Made by a program: the position numbers and the translations under genes
Part shown: positions 30,301-39,215 of the stretch, in pieces
How the letters are laid out: the number at the start of each line of letters is the position of its first letter
How positions within the stretch are numbered: the stretch's first letter is position 1
The notes under the pieces: generated by a model
What the model was told of the DNA's origin: nothing
Seen by the model: only the letters and a program-made list of their open reading frames with translations
Databases searched by the model: none
IMG/VR virus record: IMGVR_UViG_3300025018_000100
DNA from: a virus
DNA: 64,000 bases
Strand: one strand, 5' to 3'

Positions 30301-31653
30301 GGAGCAAACGAGTTTATTGCTGGTGAAGGACTATTAGTCCATAATACTGCTGAAATTGCTTTCTCAGAACCAGACGATGAAAATTTCATGACCATGAAAG
30401 ATTATACTAAGTTTCCTGTAGAAGTAGGAGCAAAAGCTCCTCTTGAGTTAAAGGAAGTTGATCCAGAAGCTTATGAAAAATATAACTCGTTTATCAGTAG
30501 AAAAATAATTGAGGAAAAGTACCAAGAAGAGCCTTGGGCATATAAGTTTGGAGGCTGGAGATGGGCTTCTAATAATAGCTTATTAGGAGTTGTAGGTATG
30601 AATTACGATAAAGCCGCAGCAAGTATTGCTGTAAATGGTGAACCAGGGTTTGCATGGTTAGATAATATGCGTAAATATGGTAGAATGAAAGATGGAATTA
30701 ATAATAAAGATCATAGAGTAATGGGGGGAAATCCTTGTCTGGAACAATCTCTAGAGAGTTATGAGCTTTGTTGTTTAGTTGAGAATTTTCCTAATGCTCA
30801 TAAAGATTATTGGGATTTCCAACGTACTTTAAAATTCTCTTATTTATACGCAAAAACTGTAACTCTAATGGGTACTCATTGGAGCGAGACAAACAGAGTC
30901 ATTGCTAGAAATAGAAGAATTGGTTGTTCTCAGAGCGGTATTCAAGAAGCTATTGGACGTTTTGGACGTCGTAAATACTTTGATGAATTTTGTGATAGAG
31001 CGTACAATTACATTCAATATGTAGATAAAAAATATAGTGAGTGGTTAGGTATTCCTCTTAGTATTAAAACTACAAGTGTTAAGCCTAGCGGAACTGTTTC
31101 TCTAGTAGCAGGAGCTCTTCCAGGTATTCATTATGCGGAAAGTGAAAGTTATTATAGAACAGTTAGAGTGTCTGCTATTAGTCCTTTAGTTGAAATTTTA
31201 AGAAAATCTAACTATAGAATTGAACCTAGCGTAACAGATAGTAAAAAAACGGTAGTTATATATTTTCCAGTTTTACACGATGTGGGAACTGTAACAAAAA
31301 GTAGCGTAAGTATTTGGGAACAGTTTAAAAATGCTGCCGACATGCAATATTGGTATGCTGATAACCAAGTAAGTATTACAATTACCTTTAAAAAAGAAGA
31401 AGCTAGTGAAATTAGTAGATGTTTAAGTACTTTTGATAATGAATTAAAAGGGGTTAGTTTATTACCTTTAGCAGATCATAATTATGAACAAGCTCCTTAT
31501 ACGTCCGCTCCAAGAGAGGAAATAGAAGCTTATCAAAAACAACTATTACCGTTAGATTTTAGTATTCTAACAACTACACAGGTAGAGGAAGCTAGTGGAG
31601 AAAATCTAGAAGCAAATAAATTTTGTGAGGGAGATTCTTGTCAATTATTCTAA
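27337..31653 (+). CDS. nrdJ: Class II (B12-dependent, monomeric RTPR-type) ribonucleotide reductase with two inteins; ~713 aa after splicing
   Basis: RTYSR, PPGRGLW, LNN|CAF, GVGVGFD, GNVRR|TAEI, NPCLEQ, CCLVE, VKPSGTVS, C-terminal CEGDSC. Confidence 0.95.
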   Translation: MLAPGYIPLKFHLNEAFKTKLRNKPVKWGFGGLSEFTFYRTYSRPKEDGSLETWADCVLRVIEGMFTILKTNAQYSHIPWEVDKAEKLAEEAAERMFDFKWTPPGRGLWVMGTDMVWDKGGAALNNPLHEDTKILTEEYGWIALKEIEGQNVRVLSKLRSKQKFTGGAGFVDAYISTKEMQPSYKITIETLLGNIKEIIASENHRWFVITDKKNSFENRITTDYLTNKHYLPRATPTKQYEPSFAGYCHGFFFGDGTRSNGELHQFTEDNKKILNSIFPEISFRENIYKLPSGLEAKIVKNLPKAWSKVPEGDYATDKKYVFGFLAGYFAADGSVGTTYRIASSKIEELEKVQELFEYVGIETKIIKDSSNSTNFSEDRDLYQLNICKHDLNEKFFLKESHLHHWVENKSKIKRPLHKVISIEKLEELQPVLCAVVPEHENFVIDGFTVTSNCAFVTTKNIGTEWSKPFGFLMDMSMLGVGVGFDTKGAGNIDIYKPEGDPEVITVEDSREGWVDLICTLIDSYMDPDGVPIIPDTHLVREYGTPIKGFGGVASGPEPLVQGFYGIMDILNKRANSDDNYITSTDIVDIMNIIGKIVVAGNVRRCLPEDTLIHTKTGLKEIKNIIPGEEVYTSKGVSKVSELVYQGEQEVISINTQLGSFKCTPKHKIAVLDSTNTYYWTQAQYLKTGDRLVFPEHEIEGIKTSLPSWEYNKTEKSTTCKDITIPELNKDVSWLLGLFHGDGYTYPNFEKNGYNAYISIACDNVNYPSITVKAKETLASFGPNLHFCDIPDSEKDKSYKIRIQSKQLSWYFSKFKEAHKCISVPDFILQGTKEIRASYLAGLFDADGSSIDRTTIAVYTVYEKYAKQIQALYASLGIPTRIKENWQKIYLVSIIGQDTIEKFEKLIAIHSEKYHNYNKTNRSQNDFGYPSAWIDKEVVNYGKSWTPQQEQMTYHKFKSLKGDSNLIPIKVESIEYNNEVVNTYDISVPGANEFIAGEGLLVHNTAEIAFSEPDDENFMTMKDYTKFPVEVGAKAPLELKEVDPEAYEKYNSFISRKIIEEKYQEEPWAYKFGGWRWASNNSLLGVVGMNYDKAAASIAVNGEPGFAWLDNMRKYGRMKDGINNKDHRVMGGNPCLEQSLESYELCCLVENFPNAHKDYWDFQRTLKFSYLYAKTVTLMGTHWSETNRVIARNRRIGCSQSGIQEAIGRFGRRKYFDEFCDRAYNYIQYVDKKYSEWLGIPLSIKTTSVKPSGTVSLVAGALPGIHYAESESYYRTVRVSAISPLVEILRKSNYRIEPSVTDSKKTVVIYFPVLHDVGTVTKSSVSIWEQFKNAADMQYWYADNQVSITITFKKEEASEISRCLSTFDNELKGVSLLPLADHNYEQAPYTSAPREEIEAYQKQLLPLDFSILTTTQVEEASGENLEANKFCEGDSCQLF
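27715..28692 (+). mobile_element. Class 3 intein (Pro1, WCT signature) with LAGLIDADG endonuclease, 326 aa
   Basis: N|PLHEDTKILT; block B ASENHRW; GFFFGDG and LAGYFAADG; block F VLCAVV; block G TVTSN|C. Confidence 0.88.
29149..30345 (+). mobile_element. Class 1 intein with LAGLIDADG endonuclease, 399 aa
   Basis: RR|CLPEDTLIHT; CTPKH; LGLFHGDG; LAGLFDADG; TYDISV; LLVHN|T. Confidence 0.95.
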
Positions 31654-31674
31654 AAATTGATATAGTAATAATTT

Positions 31675-32361
31675 ATGACCCATTTACCTTTACCTACAGA
31701 TAAAGTAGATATTATAAGTTTGTTTGATTTAAGTGGTTTGGCTATAATACCTTTTACAAAGAAAGGGTATAAAACGCTAGTAGTAGATAATCAAGCTACT
31801 GAGTTAAATAGTAGAGCCACTTATACAAGCAACGTTGATATATTAAATTATGAACACGAAATAACTAACTTAGCAAAAACTGCTAAGTTAGTTATTGCTT
31901 TTCCACCCTGTACTGATCTTGCTGTTTCTGGCGCTAAACACTTTAAAAATAAGGCTGCAAAAAATCCAAATTTTCAAAAAGAGGCATTACATCTTTTTAA
32001 GTCAGCTATAAGAATATGCGGAAAAGATACTCCTTATATGATTGAAAACCCTATAGGTGTAGTATCTACAATGTATAGAAAGTACGATTTCAACTTTAAT
32101 CCTTGTGATTATGGTGGTTATTTGCCGGAGGATGATGTACATCCAGAATTTCCTGATTTAATTCCAGCAAGAGATAATTACACTAAAACAACTTGTTTAT
32201 GGACAGGAAATGGATTTATAATACCAGAAAAGAAAAAGTTAAATATATTAAATAAAGGAAACGCCCATTACAATTCGGTTGGCGGTAAAAGCAAAAAAAC
32301 AAAATATATAAGGTCTTTAAGTCCAAGAGGATTTTTTGTAGCCTTAGCGGAGATTTATTAA
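31675..32361 (+). CDS. Phage DNA cytosine-5 methyltransferase (compact Dcm-like)
   Basis: SLFD.SG, FPPCTDLAVSG (catalytic PC), IENP, YTKTTCLW, RSLSPRGF. Confidence 0.8.
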   Translation: MTHLPLPTDKVDIISLFDLSGLAIIPFTKKGYKTLVVDNQATELNSRATYTSNVDILNYEHEITNLAKTAKLVIAFPPCTDLAVSGAKHFKNKAAKNPNFQKEALHLFKSAIRICGKDTPYMIENPIGVVSTMYRKYDFNFNPCDYGGYLPEDDVHPEFPDLIPARDNYTKTTCLWTGNGFIIPEKKKLNILNKGNAHYNSVGGKSKKTKYIRSLSPRGFFVALAEIY

Positions 32362-32573
32362 TGATTTATATATATGGAATAGATAATTGTGAATTTTGTG
32401 AAAAAGCAAAAGCTCTAGCATGTGAAAAAGGTATTGAATTTAAATATGTAGATATGCCCACAATATTAGAACGTAAAATAATTGGAAATAAGTACGGTAT
32501 GCGCACTGCTCCAATTATCACAGAAGATGAAATATTAATTGGTGGTTATACTGAGTTTAAAAATTTAATCTAA
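32361..32573 (+). CDS. grx: Glutaredoxin
   Basis: CEFC, RTAPII, IGGYTE. Confidence 0.9.
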   Translation: MIYIYGIDNCEFCEKAKALACEKGIEFKYVDMPTILERKIIGNKYGMRTAPIITEDEILIGGYTEFKNLI

Positions 32574-32708
32574 AAATTTACAAATATAGAAATTTTTTTA
32601 TTTTTTTCTATAAATACACACTTTCGGAATTGTGATTATATATAAAAATTTACGTTTTTGAAATAAATTAAAAATCATTGAGTACCTATCAGGAAGGTTA
32701 AAAATTAA

Positions 32709-33476
32709 ATGAAAAAATATAAAACTATATGGTTAAGTGATATACACTTAGGTACTAGAGGTTGTCAGGCAGATTACTTATTAAGTTTTTTAATAAATAA
32801 TGAAGCTGAGAATATATATTTAGTGGGGGATATTATTGATGGGTGGAGAATTATGGGAAGAGGTAAAACTTATTGGCCTACTTCACATAATACCGTAGTC
32901 CAAAAATTATTAAGAATGGCTAGAGCAGGGACAAATATTGTGTTTGTAACTGGAAATCACGATGAATTTTTAAGACCATTAGTATCCGCCCAGGGCGGTG
33001 AATTAGAATTTGGAAATATGAAAATAGTAAATAGTTCTGAATATACTAGTCTTTCTGGTTTAAAATTTTGGATAGTTCACGGAGATGCTTTTGATGGAGT
33101 TACAGATTATCATAAATGGGCAGCTCTACTAGGAGATAATGCTTATGATTTTCTGTTATGGCTGAACATACATTTAAATAGGTTTAGAAGATTAATAGGA
33201 TTACCTTTTTGGAGTATTAGTAAATATCTAAAAAATAAAACTAAAAGTGCAATTAATTTTGTCTTTAAATATGAAGATAAGATTACCTATGAAGCTAAAA
33301 GAAGGGAATATAACGGAGTTATATGTGGTCATATCCATAATCCAGAAATTAAAATATTAAATGATGTCACTTATATAAACTGTGGTGATTGGGTAGAGAA
33401 TTGTACTGCTATTGTGGAGGATTATGATGGAAACATCAATATCATTAAATGGACAGAAAATACTGTTAGTGACTGA
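32709..33476 (+). CDS. plcP: PlcP-like phospholipase C (LpxH-family metallophosphoesterase)
   Basis: SDIHLG, GDIIDGW, HNTVVQKLLR, GNHDEFLR, HGDAFD, CGHIH, NCGDWVE; paired with an Agt-like GT. Confidence 0.8.
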   Translation: MKKYKTIWLSDIHLGTRGCQADYLLSFLINNEAENIYLVGDIIDGWRIMGRGKTYWPTSHNTVVQKLLRMARAGTNIVFVTGNHDEFLRPLVSAQGGELEFGNMKIVNSSEYTSLSGLKFWIVHGDAFDGVTDYHKWAALLGDNAYDFLLWLNIHLNRFRRLIGLPFWSISKYLKNKTKSAINFVFKYEDKITYEAKRREYNGVICGHIHNPEIKILNDVTYINCGDWVENCTAIVEDYDGNINIIKWTENTVSD

Positions 33477-34437
33477 TGCTTGGTTGCCTCAAGTAAATGG
33501 GGTAGTAACTACTTTAAATACTATATATGAATTATGTAATATGCAAGTATTTCACCCAGAATTAGTAAAATATATTAAGTTTCCTTTTTATAAAGAAATC
33601 CCGTTATGTTATACTTTCAAAGGTCTTAAAGAATATATTAAGAATGCTGAATATATACATATAGCTACAGAAGGTCCTTTAGGGTTATATGCTAAATTGT
33701 ATTGTGATTTTAAAGGCTATAAATATACTACAGGATATCATACTAATTTTGATCAATTATTAAAAGATAACTATAATATTCCATTTTTTATTACTAACTT
33801 TTTTATTAAGTTTTTTCATAATAAAAGCGAAAAAATTTTAGTTCCGTCATTATCTACAGCTATCAAATTAAATAGTATTAACTTAAATAATACCATAATT
33901 TGGACAAGAGGAGTGACACAAAATTTTGTTTTCAATGATGAATTAGTAAAATTAAATAAAATTCTGAGATTACTTTATGTAGGTAGAATTAGTAAAGAAA
34001 AAAATATAAAGAATTTTTTAGATACAGAAATAGGTATACCCCATAAAAAAATAGTAATAGGGGATGGTCCTATGCTAAGACAATATCAAAAAGAATATTT
34101 AGATGTAAACTTTCTAGGTACTTTAGTAGGAGATCAACTAGTAAAGGAATATCAAAAAGCAAATGTTTTTGTTTTTCCTAGTAGATTTGATACTTTTGGG
34201 TTAGTACAAATTGAAGCTATGTACTGTGGAACTCCTGTAGCCGCATATAACGTTCCAGGACCTGAAGATGTAATAGACCAAAATAGAACAGGATATATAA
34301 GTAATAATTTAAAATATTCTATACTTAAATGCTTACATTTAGATAGAAAATCAGTAGCTAAACGAGCTAGAGAAATGTGGAGTTGGGATGCCTGCTTAGA
34401 TATATTTATTAGTAGTTTAGTAAAAAAAGAGAGATAG
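33427..34437 (+). CDS. agt: GT4 glycosyltransferase, Agt-like diacylglycerol glycosyltransferase
   Basis: TDAWLPQVNGVVTTL, HIATEGPLG, YHT.F, VGRISKEKN, FPSRFDTFGLV.IEA; GGAGG SD before ATG 33427. Confidence 0.8.
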   Translation: METSISLNGQKILLVTDAWLPQVNGVVTTLNTIYELCNMQVFHPELVKYIKFPFYKEIPLCYTFKGLKEYIKNAEYIHIATEGPLGLYAKLYCDFKGYKYTTGYHTNFDQLLKDNYNIPFFITNFFIKFFHNKSEKILVPSLSTAIKLNSINLNNTIIWTRGVTQNFVFNDELVKLNKILRLLYVGRISKEKNIKNFLDTEIGIPHKKIVIGDGPMLRQYQKEYLDVNFLGTLVGDQLVKEYQKANVFVFPSRFDTFGLVQIEAMYCGTPVAAYNVPGPEDVIDQNRTGYISNNLKYSILKCLHLDRKSVAKRAREMWSWDACLDIFISSLVKKER

Positions 34438-34441
34438 TTTA

Positions 34442-34921
34442 TTGACTAATAAAAGCGCTTTAAAAGGTGGTGCTTATGAACGAAAAATTAAAGACTTGCT
34501 TACAGCTCATTATGGAATTAATTTTGAGAGAGTTCCTCATAGTGGTGCATTGAAATATTTAAAAGGCGACGTATGGGCACCTCACCATATGCATATATGG
34601 CAATATACAATCGAATGTAAGCATTATAAAGATTTAGAATTTAAAAACTTATTAGTAGCGAAAAGTAATGATATTCATAGTTTCTGGGCTCAAGCTTCGG
34701 AAGAAGCCGCTATTATGGCAAAAGAAAGTGGTACAGAAAAATATCCTTTATTAATATTTAGATGGAACAGAAGTAAAGATTATGTTGCTTGGAATACAGA
34801 ATTTGACTGTGAAACACAATTTTCTGTTAAAGCATTTGGTAATTTTTACAAAATAGCTTTGTTAGAGGATTGGTTGAAAGAAAATACAAAATTACTTGAA
34901 AAGTTAAAGCAACCTAAGTAA
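34442..34921 (+). CDS. D14: Holliday junction resolvase-like PD-(D/E)xK nuclease (T5 D14)
   Basis: KG.AYER, RVPHSGA, LKGD, IECKHYK. Confidence 0.85.
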   Translation: MTNKSALKGGAYERKIKDLLTAHYGINFERVPHSGALKYLKGDVWAPHHMHIWQYTIECKHYKDLEFKNLLVAKSNDIHSFWAQASEEAAIMAKESGTEKYPLLIFRWNRSKDYVAWNTEFDCETQFSVKAFGNFYKIALLEDWLKENTKLLEKLKQPK

Positions 34922-34929
34922 TTTTTATA

Positions 34930-34958
34930 TTGCGTTGCACCTTATTATGTTATATAAT
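34930..34958 (+). promoter_or_regulatory. Promoter for D15
   Basis: TTGCGT-17 nt-TATAAT. Confidence 0.65.
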
Positions 34959-34990
34959 AAGTTTAATAATACTTATGAAAGGTAAAATTT

Positions 34991-35857
34991 ATGGATATGA
35001 GTTGGGATGATCTCGCAGGTCTTGAGGAACAGCGAGAGAATGCTCGTAAGAATTTACTATTAGTAGACGGCAACAACGTCGCTTATAGATATATTAAACG
35101 GGCTAATTATAATAATTTCACAGAAGATTATATTAGAACAGTAGAGAGTTTGGCAAAAAGTTATGATGCTAGACGTACAATCATTTGTTTTGATTTTGGT
35201 AAAAGCTATTACAGAAATAGTATATACCCAGAATATAAAGATAATAGGTCTCCTCCAAAAGACCCAGAAGAAAAAGAAAAGTATGATGAGTTTTTTAATT
35301 GTTTAAATTTCACTATTGATCTTCTAGCAGAACGTAATATGGAATATTATAAACTCAGAGGTGTTGAGGCTGACGATCTATTAACATTTTTTGTACAAAA
35401 CTTATCTGATGAATACGAACACACTTGGATAATTAGTAGTGACCGAGACTTATATCAACTTTTAGAAGAAGATATTAGTATTTTTAATATGTTTTCACGT
35501 AAAGAAATTACGTTAGAAAGCTTAAAAGAAGAACATAATTGTTCTCCAGAACAACATATGCTTGCTAAGATTATTCAAGGAGATAAGAGTGATAACATTT
35601 TTGGTATTGATGGAATTGGTGAAAAAAGAGCTTTAGATTTAGCTATTAAATATCATAACTTAAATAATTTAATCGCTAATCTACCTATTAAAGGTAGTAA
35701 AGCTAAATATATTGCTAATTTAAACGCAGGCAAAGATAAACTCATTCTTAATGAACAATTAGTTAATCTGGTAGAATATAATCAGCAAGCTATTGAAATG
35801 GGAAAGGAAGAGTCAGAAGGTTGGCAACAACTTCAAAGCGCTCTTATTTATAAATGA
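34991..35857 (+). CDS. D15: 5'-3' flap exonuclease (T5 D15)
   Basis: VDGNN.AYR, YPEYK.NR, GVEADD, SSDRD, GDKSDNI.GI.GIGEKRA. Confidence 0.95.
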   Translation: MDMSWDDLAGLEEQRENARKNLLLVDGNNVAYRYIKRANYNNFTEDYIRTVESLAKSYDARRTIICFDFGKSYYRNSIYPEYKDNRSPPKDPEEKEKYDEFFNCLNFTIDLLAERNMEYYKLRGVEADDLLTFFVQNLSDEYEHTWIISSDRDLYQLLEEDISIFNMFSRKEITLESLKEEHNCSPEQHMLAKIIQGDKSDNIFGIDGIGEKRALDLAIKYHNLNNLIANLPIKGSKAKYIANLNAGKDKLILNEQLVNLVEYNQQAIEMGKEESEGWQQLQSALIYK

Positions 35858-36093
35858 TATTTTTCGGTAACGGAGAAAAATCTTTAGCAGAAGCTTATTT
35901 TTTAATTAAAGACTTAATTAAAGCTTTCGATATTTTGAACGGTCTTCAACAAGGGTATATAAATAAAGAAGAAAGAGAAGAATTAGAATATGAAGTATTA
36001 GCAGTTAGAAAAAAAATTTTTAATGCTTTAAGTATAAATAAAGATGATATGTTAATCCTTAATAGATTTGGTGAATTAAAAAATGAGAAATAA
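35854..36093 (+). CDS. Hypothetical protein
   Basis: 79-aa ORF with overlapping start and stop. Confidence 0.6.
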   Translation: MIFFGNGEKSLAEAYFLIKDLIKAFDILNGLQQGYINKEEREELEYEVLAVRKKIFNALSINKDDMLILNRFGELKNEK

Positions 36094-36574
36094 CGTAGTT
36101 AGAAATAGAGGTAAAAGTAACGCCTCTATATTTTTTAAACCTGGAACCATTAATAGTGGGGATTATGTCACTATTTTTGTAGATGCTAGTTACTGTGATA
36201 AAACACATTCTATGGGTTGGGCAGGCTGGTGTAAATATGGAGAGTGTGGTAAAAATATAACTTGTTCAGGAACTGGCAAAGCTGCTAATAGTACAAAAGC
36301 GGAGTTAACTGGATTAATTAAAATGATTAATTTCGTAATAGAAAGTGGAGTTTCTATTAAAAATAAAAAAGTAGTTATTCAATGTGATAATATCAATGCA
36401 TTGGAGACATATAAACACGATAGACTTTATGAGTTAGGTGCAAAAAATGTTAAATTTAAGCATGTAAAAGCTCATACTAATGGCTGGGATCGACGCAGTA
36501 AAGTTAATGATTGGTGTGATGCCCAAGCCAAAGAAGCCTTAAACAGGAGTAGAAATGAACACGTTGGACGTTAG
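36083..36574 (+). CDS. rnhA: Ribonuclease H
   Basis: FVDAS, NSTKAEL, QCDN, KHVKAH, NDWCD. Confidence 0.88.
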   Translation: MRNNVVRNRGKSNASIFFKPGTINSGDYVTIFVDASYCDKTHSMGWAGWCKYGECGKNITCSGTGKAANSTKAELTGLIKMINFVIESGVSIKNKKVVIQCDNINALETYKHDRLYELGAKNVKFKHVKAHTNGWDRRSKVNDWCDAQAKEALNRSRNEHVGR

Positions 36575-37151
36575 AATTGAAAAAACAGAATTAGCTAAAA
36601 AATTAGAAATCAATCAAGGATTAAACTTTAATCTTTGGCAACATCACCCTTTTGATGCTGGATATGATGTGAGAGCTTGTATTGAAAAACCTATTTCCTT
36701 ATATGCTGGAGAAAGAGTTATTATCCCTATTGGGTTGTATATAGAATTAGATAGTCCACATTGGGAAATTCAAGTACGACCACGAAGCGGTCTATCCGCC
36801 AAAAACGGTATTACAATAGTAAATTCTCCGGGTACTATTGATTTTAGTTATAGAGATGAGATTAGAGTTGTTCTGTTAAATACCTCTCATGTAGTTTCTG
36901 AAGAAACGAAGTTTCTTATTAACCCAGGAGATAGAATTGCTCAGCTTTGTTTTAGAAAAGTACCAGAAGTTAATATAGAATACGTTGACGAAATAGCTAA
37001 AACAGTAATCATTAATAAAGAAAGAGACTGGACTAGAGAGGATAGAGGACCTAAAAATAAAAAACAATGGGGACTCGAAGCTACTGGTGAATTAACCGAA
37101 GAACAACAGAAAATAAAAAGAGGTGGATTTGGTAGCTCAGGTATTAAATAA
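36555..37151 (+). CDS. dut: Trimeric dUTPase
   Basis: AGYD, RPRSG, GTIDFSYR, GDRIAQL, RGGFGSSG. Confidence 0.95.
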   Translation: MNTLDVRIEKTELAKKLEINQGLNFNLWQHHPFDAGYDVRACIEKPISLYAGERVIIPIGLYIELDSPHWEIQVRPRSGLSAKNGITIVNSPGTIDFSYRDEIRVVLLNTSHVVSEETKFLINPGDRIAQLCFRKVPEVNIEYVDEIAKTVIINKERDWTREDRGPKNKKQWGLEATGELTEEQQKIKRGGFGSSGIK

Positions 37152-37335
37152 GAAATGGATTTTTAGAACAGTTCCCGCGATAATTCAATTAATTATCGCA
37201 ACTGTTCTATTTTTTTACTTTATGATAAACCCCGCTTATTTATTAATATATCTAGGCATTAGTATTCCTTTATCAGGATTATTTATAGAAACAATTATAC
37301 TAAATAATGCATTAAGGAAATGGTTAAGAATATGA
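37123..37335 (+). CDS. Small two-TM membrane protein
   Basis: Two hydrophobic stretches in 70 aa. Confidence 0.5.
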   Translation: MDLVAQVLNKKWIFRTVPAIIQLIIATVLFFYFMINPAYLLIYLGISIPLSGLFIETIILNNALRKWLRI

Positions 37336-37592
37336 TATATACACTAGGACATACAGAATCTTATAAAAAGATTTTAAAAGAAAATAAGATTGTATTTAAA
37401 GTGGGAAGAGAGATTGACGGAGTAGGTGGAATAGCTTTTAAAAACAAAGAAAATGCTAATAAGTATATTATTGATAATAATAAAAAAACTTGGTCAGTCT
37501 TTGGATTAGATTGTGAATGGGATAATACTTATTACTTAAAAGAAGAAGATAGGTATGCTATAATTAAAGATACAAGGATTATAAAAATATGA
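37320..37592 (+). CDS. Hypothetical protein
   Basis: ORF in tightly packed run. Confidence 0.65.
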   Translation: MVKNMIYTLGHTESYKKILKENKIVFKVGREIDGVGGIAFKNKENANKYIIDNNKKTWSVFGLDCEWDNTYYLKEEDRYAIIKDTRIIKI

Positions 37593-37897
37593 AAATAACA
37601 TTGTGTGGAAGTACTAAATTCAAAGATAAATTTATAGAATTAAATAAATCTTTATCTAAGGAAGGGCATGTAGTTTATAGTGTGTCAAGCTTTGGACATT
37701 CTGGTGATGTTATATCAGATGATGAAAAAATAACCTTAGATTTAGTACATCTAATAAAAATACAAGAAAGTGATGCTATATATGTAATTGATATAGACGG
37801 TTACATAGGTTTTAGCACTAGTCGAGAAATTAAATGGGCTAAAATGTTAAACAAAAATATAATTTATTGGAGCCTAGAAAATGACAAAAAAAATTAG
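37589..37897 (+). CDS. Nucleoside deoxyribosyltransferase-like (flavodoxin-fold) protein
   Basis: ITLCGS.KF, H..KI..SDAIYVID..GYIG.ST..EI. Confidence 0.6.
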   Translation: MKITLCGSTKFKDKFIELNKSLSKEGHVVYSVSSFGHSGDVISDDEKITLDLVHLIKIQESDAIYVIDIDGYIGFSTSREIKWAKMLNKNIIYWSLENDKKN

Positions 37898-38072
37898 AAT
37901 TGAAAATGGAGACACATCTGGACACTCCGTAGATATAGAAATTTGGGATAATGATGAACTAATAGAAATTAAAAAATTAGACTACCCCACTGCGTTAGAA
38001 GAAATTACTATTTGGGAAGATCGATATATAGTTATTAGAGAGGTAAAAAGAGATAATGACCAAACAAAGTGA
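37881..38072 (+). CDS. Hypothetical protein
   Basis: 63-aa ORF with GGAG SD. Confidence 0.6.
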   Translation: MTKKIRIENGDTSGHSVDIEIWDNDELIEIKKLDYPTALEEITIWEDRYIVIREVKRDNDQTK

Positions 38073-38961
38073 GATACTAGAAGATAGTAATTATAGACCT
38101 ATATTAGACCATGGATTTGTGGGATTAATTGATGTTATGGGTAATGATGCTTCTATAGCTAGAGCCGCTAGAGTTAGTTATGGGGCAGGTACAAAAACGG
38201 TTAATGAAGATAGAGGCTTAATTAGACACTTAATAAGACATAAACATACTAGCCCAATTGAGATGGTAGAATTTAAGTTACATATAAAAATTCCCGTTTT
38301 TGTTATGAGACAACATGTAAGACATAGAACTGCTAGTCTTAATGAATACAGTGGTAGATATAGTGTTATGAGTGAGGAATTTTATATCCCTGAATCTGCT
38401 AATATAGCACCTCAAAGTATTAACAATAAACAAGGTAGAGAAGATGATGGTTTTGATATTGATACAAAACAATTTATTAAAGATATAATAAGTACTCATT
38501 CTGAAGATTCGTATAAAGCGTATGAGATTTTATTAGGACAAATCCCTAATGATGAAAATTATCCTTCTTACAAGACTATAACAGACAAAGGAGGTTTAGC
38601 TAGAGAATTAGCAAGAATGGTGCTACCAGTAAATTATTATACCGAATTATATTGGAAGATAGATTTACACAATCTTATGCATTTCTTAAAATTGAGAATG
38701 GATAGTCATGCACAATATGAGATTAGGGTATTAGCTAATGCTATATATGAACTAGTAAAACCTCATGTTCCTATTGCTATGGAAGCTTATGAAGATTATA
38801 TATTAGATGGTTGTTCTTTTAGTAAACAAGAATTACAAATACTTAGAAAATTCATTTATGTGATGAATATAAATAGAAGTGATGCTAGAGAAATGGCTAA
38901 TGAGTTTATAGAGAATAAAAGAGAATTGGAAGAATTTATAACAAAAATTTATAGAAACTAA
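38056..38961 (+). CDS. thyX: Flavin-dependent thymidylate synthase
   Basis: AARVSY, HTSPIE, RHRTASLNEYSGRY, ELARMVLP, LRMDSHAQYEIR. Confidence 0.97.
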   Translation: MTKQSEILEDSNYRPILDHGFVGLIDVMGNDASIARAARVSYGAGTKTVNEDRGLIRHLIRHKHTSPIEMVEFKLHIKIPVFVMRQHVRHRTASLNEYSGRYSVMSEEFYIPESANIAPQSINNKQGREDDGFDIDTKQFIKDIISTHSEDSYKAYEILLGQIPNDENYPSYKTITDKGGLARELARMVLPVNYYTELYWKIDLHNLMHFLKLRMDSHAQYEIRVLANAIYELVKPHVPIAMEAYEDYILDGCSFSKQELQILRKFIYVMNINRSDAREMANEFIENKRELEEFITKIYRN

Positions 38962-39215
38962 TGAAAAAAGATTTTAGAAGAACTACAGAATGGAAAACTA
39001 AATTATTTCTATTTCCTAAAGCATTAGAAACGTGTAAAGCAGATATTCCGTATTTGAGTGATAGTATAATTGAATATAGTAGGTTTTTTACTAAATTAGA
39101 ATATAGAAAACAAGCAACAATCAATAATGGTTATATTACTATATATAGAAAACTAGGTTCTGATTGGGATATTTTTATACAAGATTTTGAAAAGAAGCCT
39201 CCACGTATAAAATGA
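38961..39215 (+). CDS. Hypothetical protein
   Basis: 84-aa ORF coupled at both ends. Confidence 0.55.
   Translation: MKKDFRRTTEWKTKLFLFPKALETCKADIPYLSDSIIEYSRFFTKLEYRKQATINNGYITIYRKLGSDWDIFIQDFEKKPPRIK

Noticed and set aside
32574-32708. Pho box or T4-late TATAAATA promoter upstream of plcP
   Set aside because: Only one weak half-site (TTGTGAT); TATAAATA is expected by chance in such AT-rich DNA
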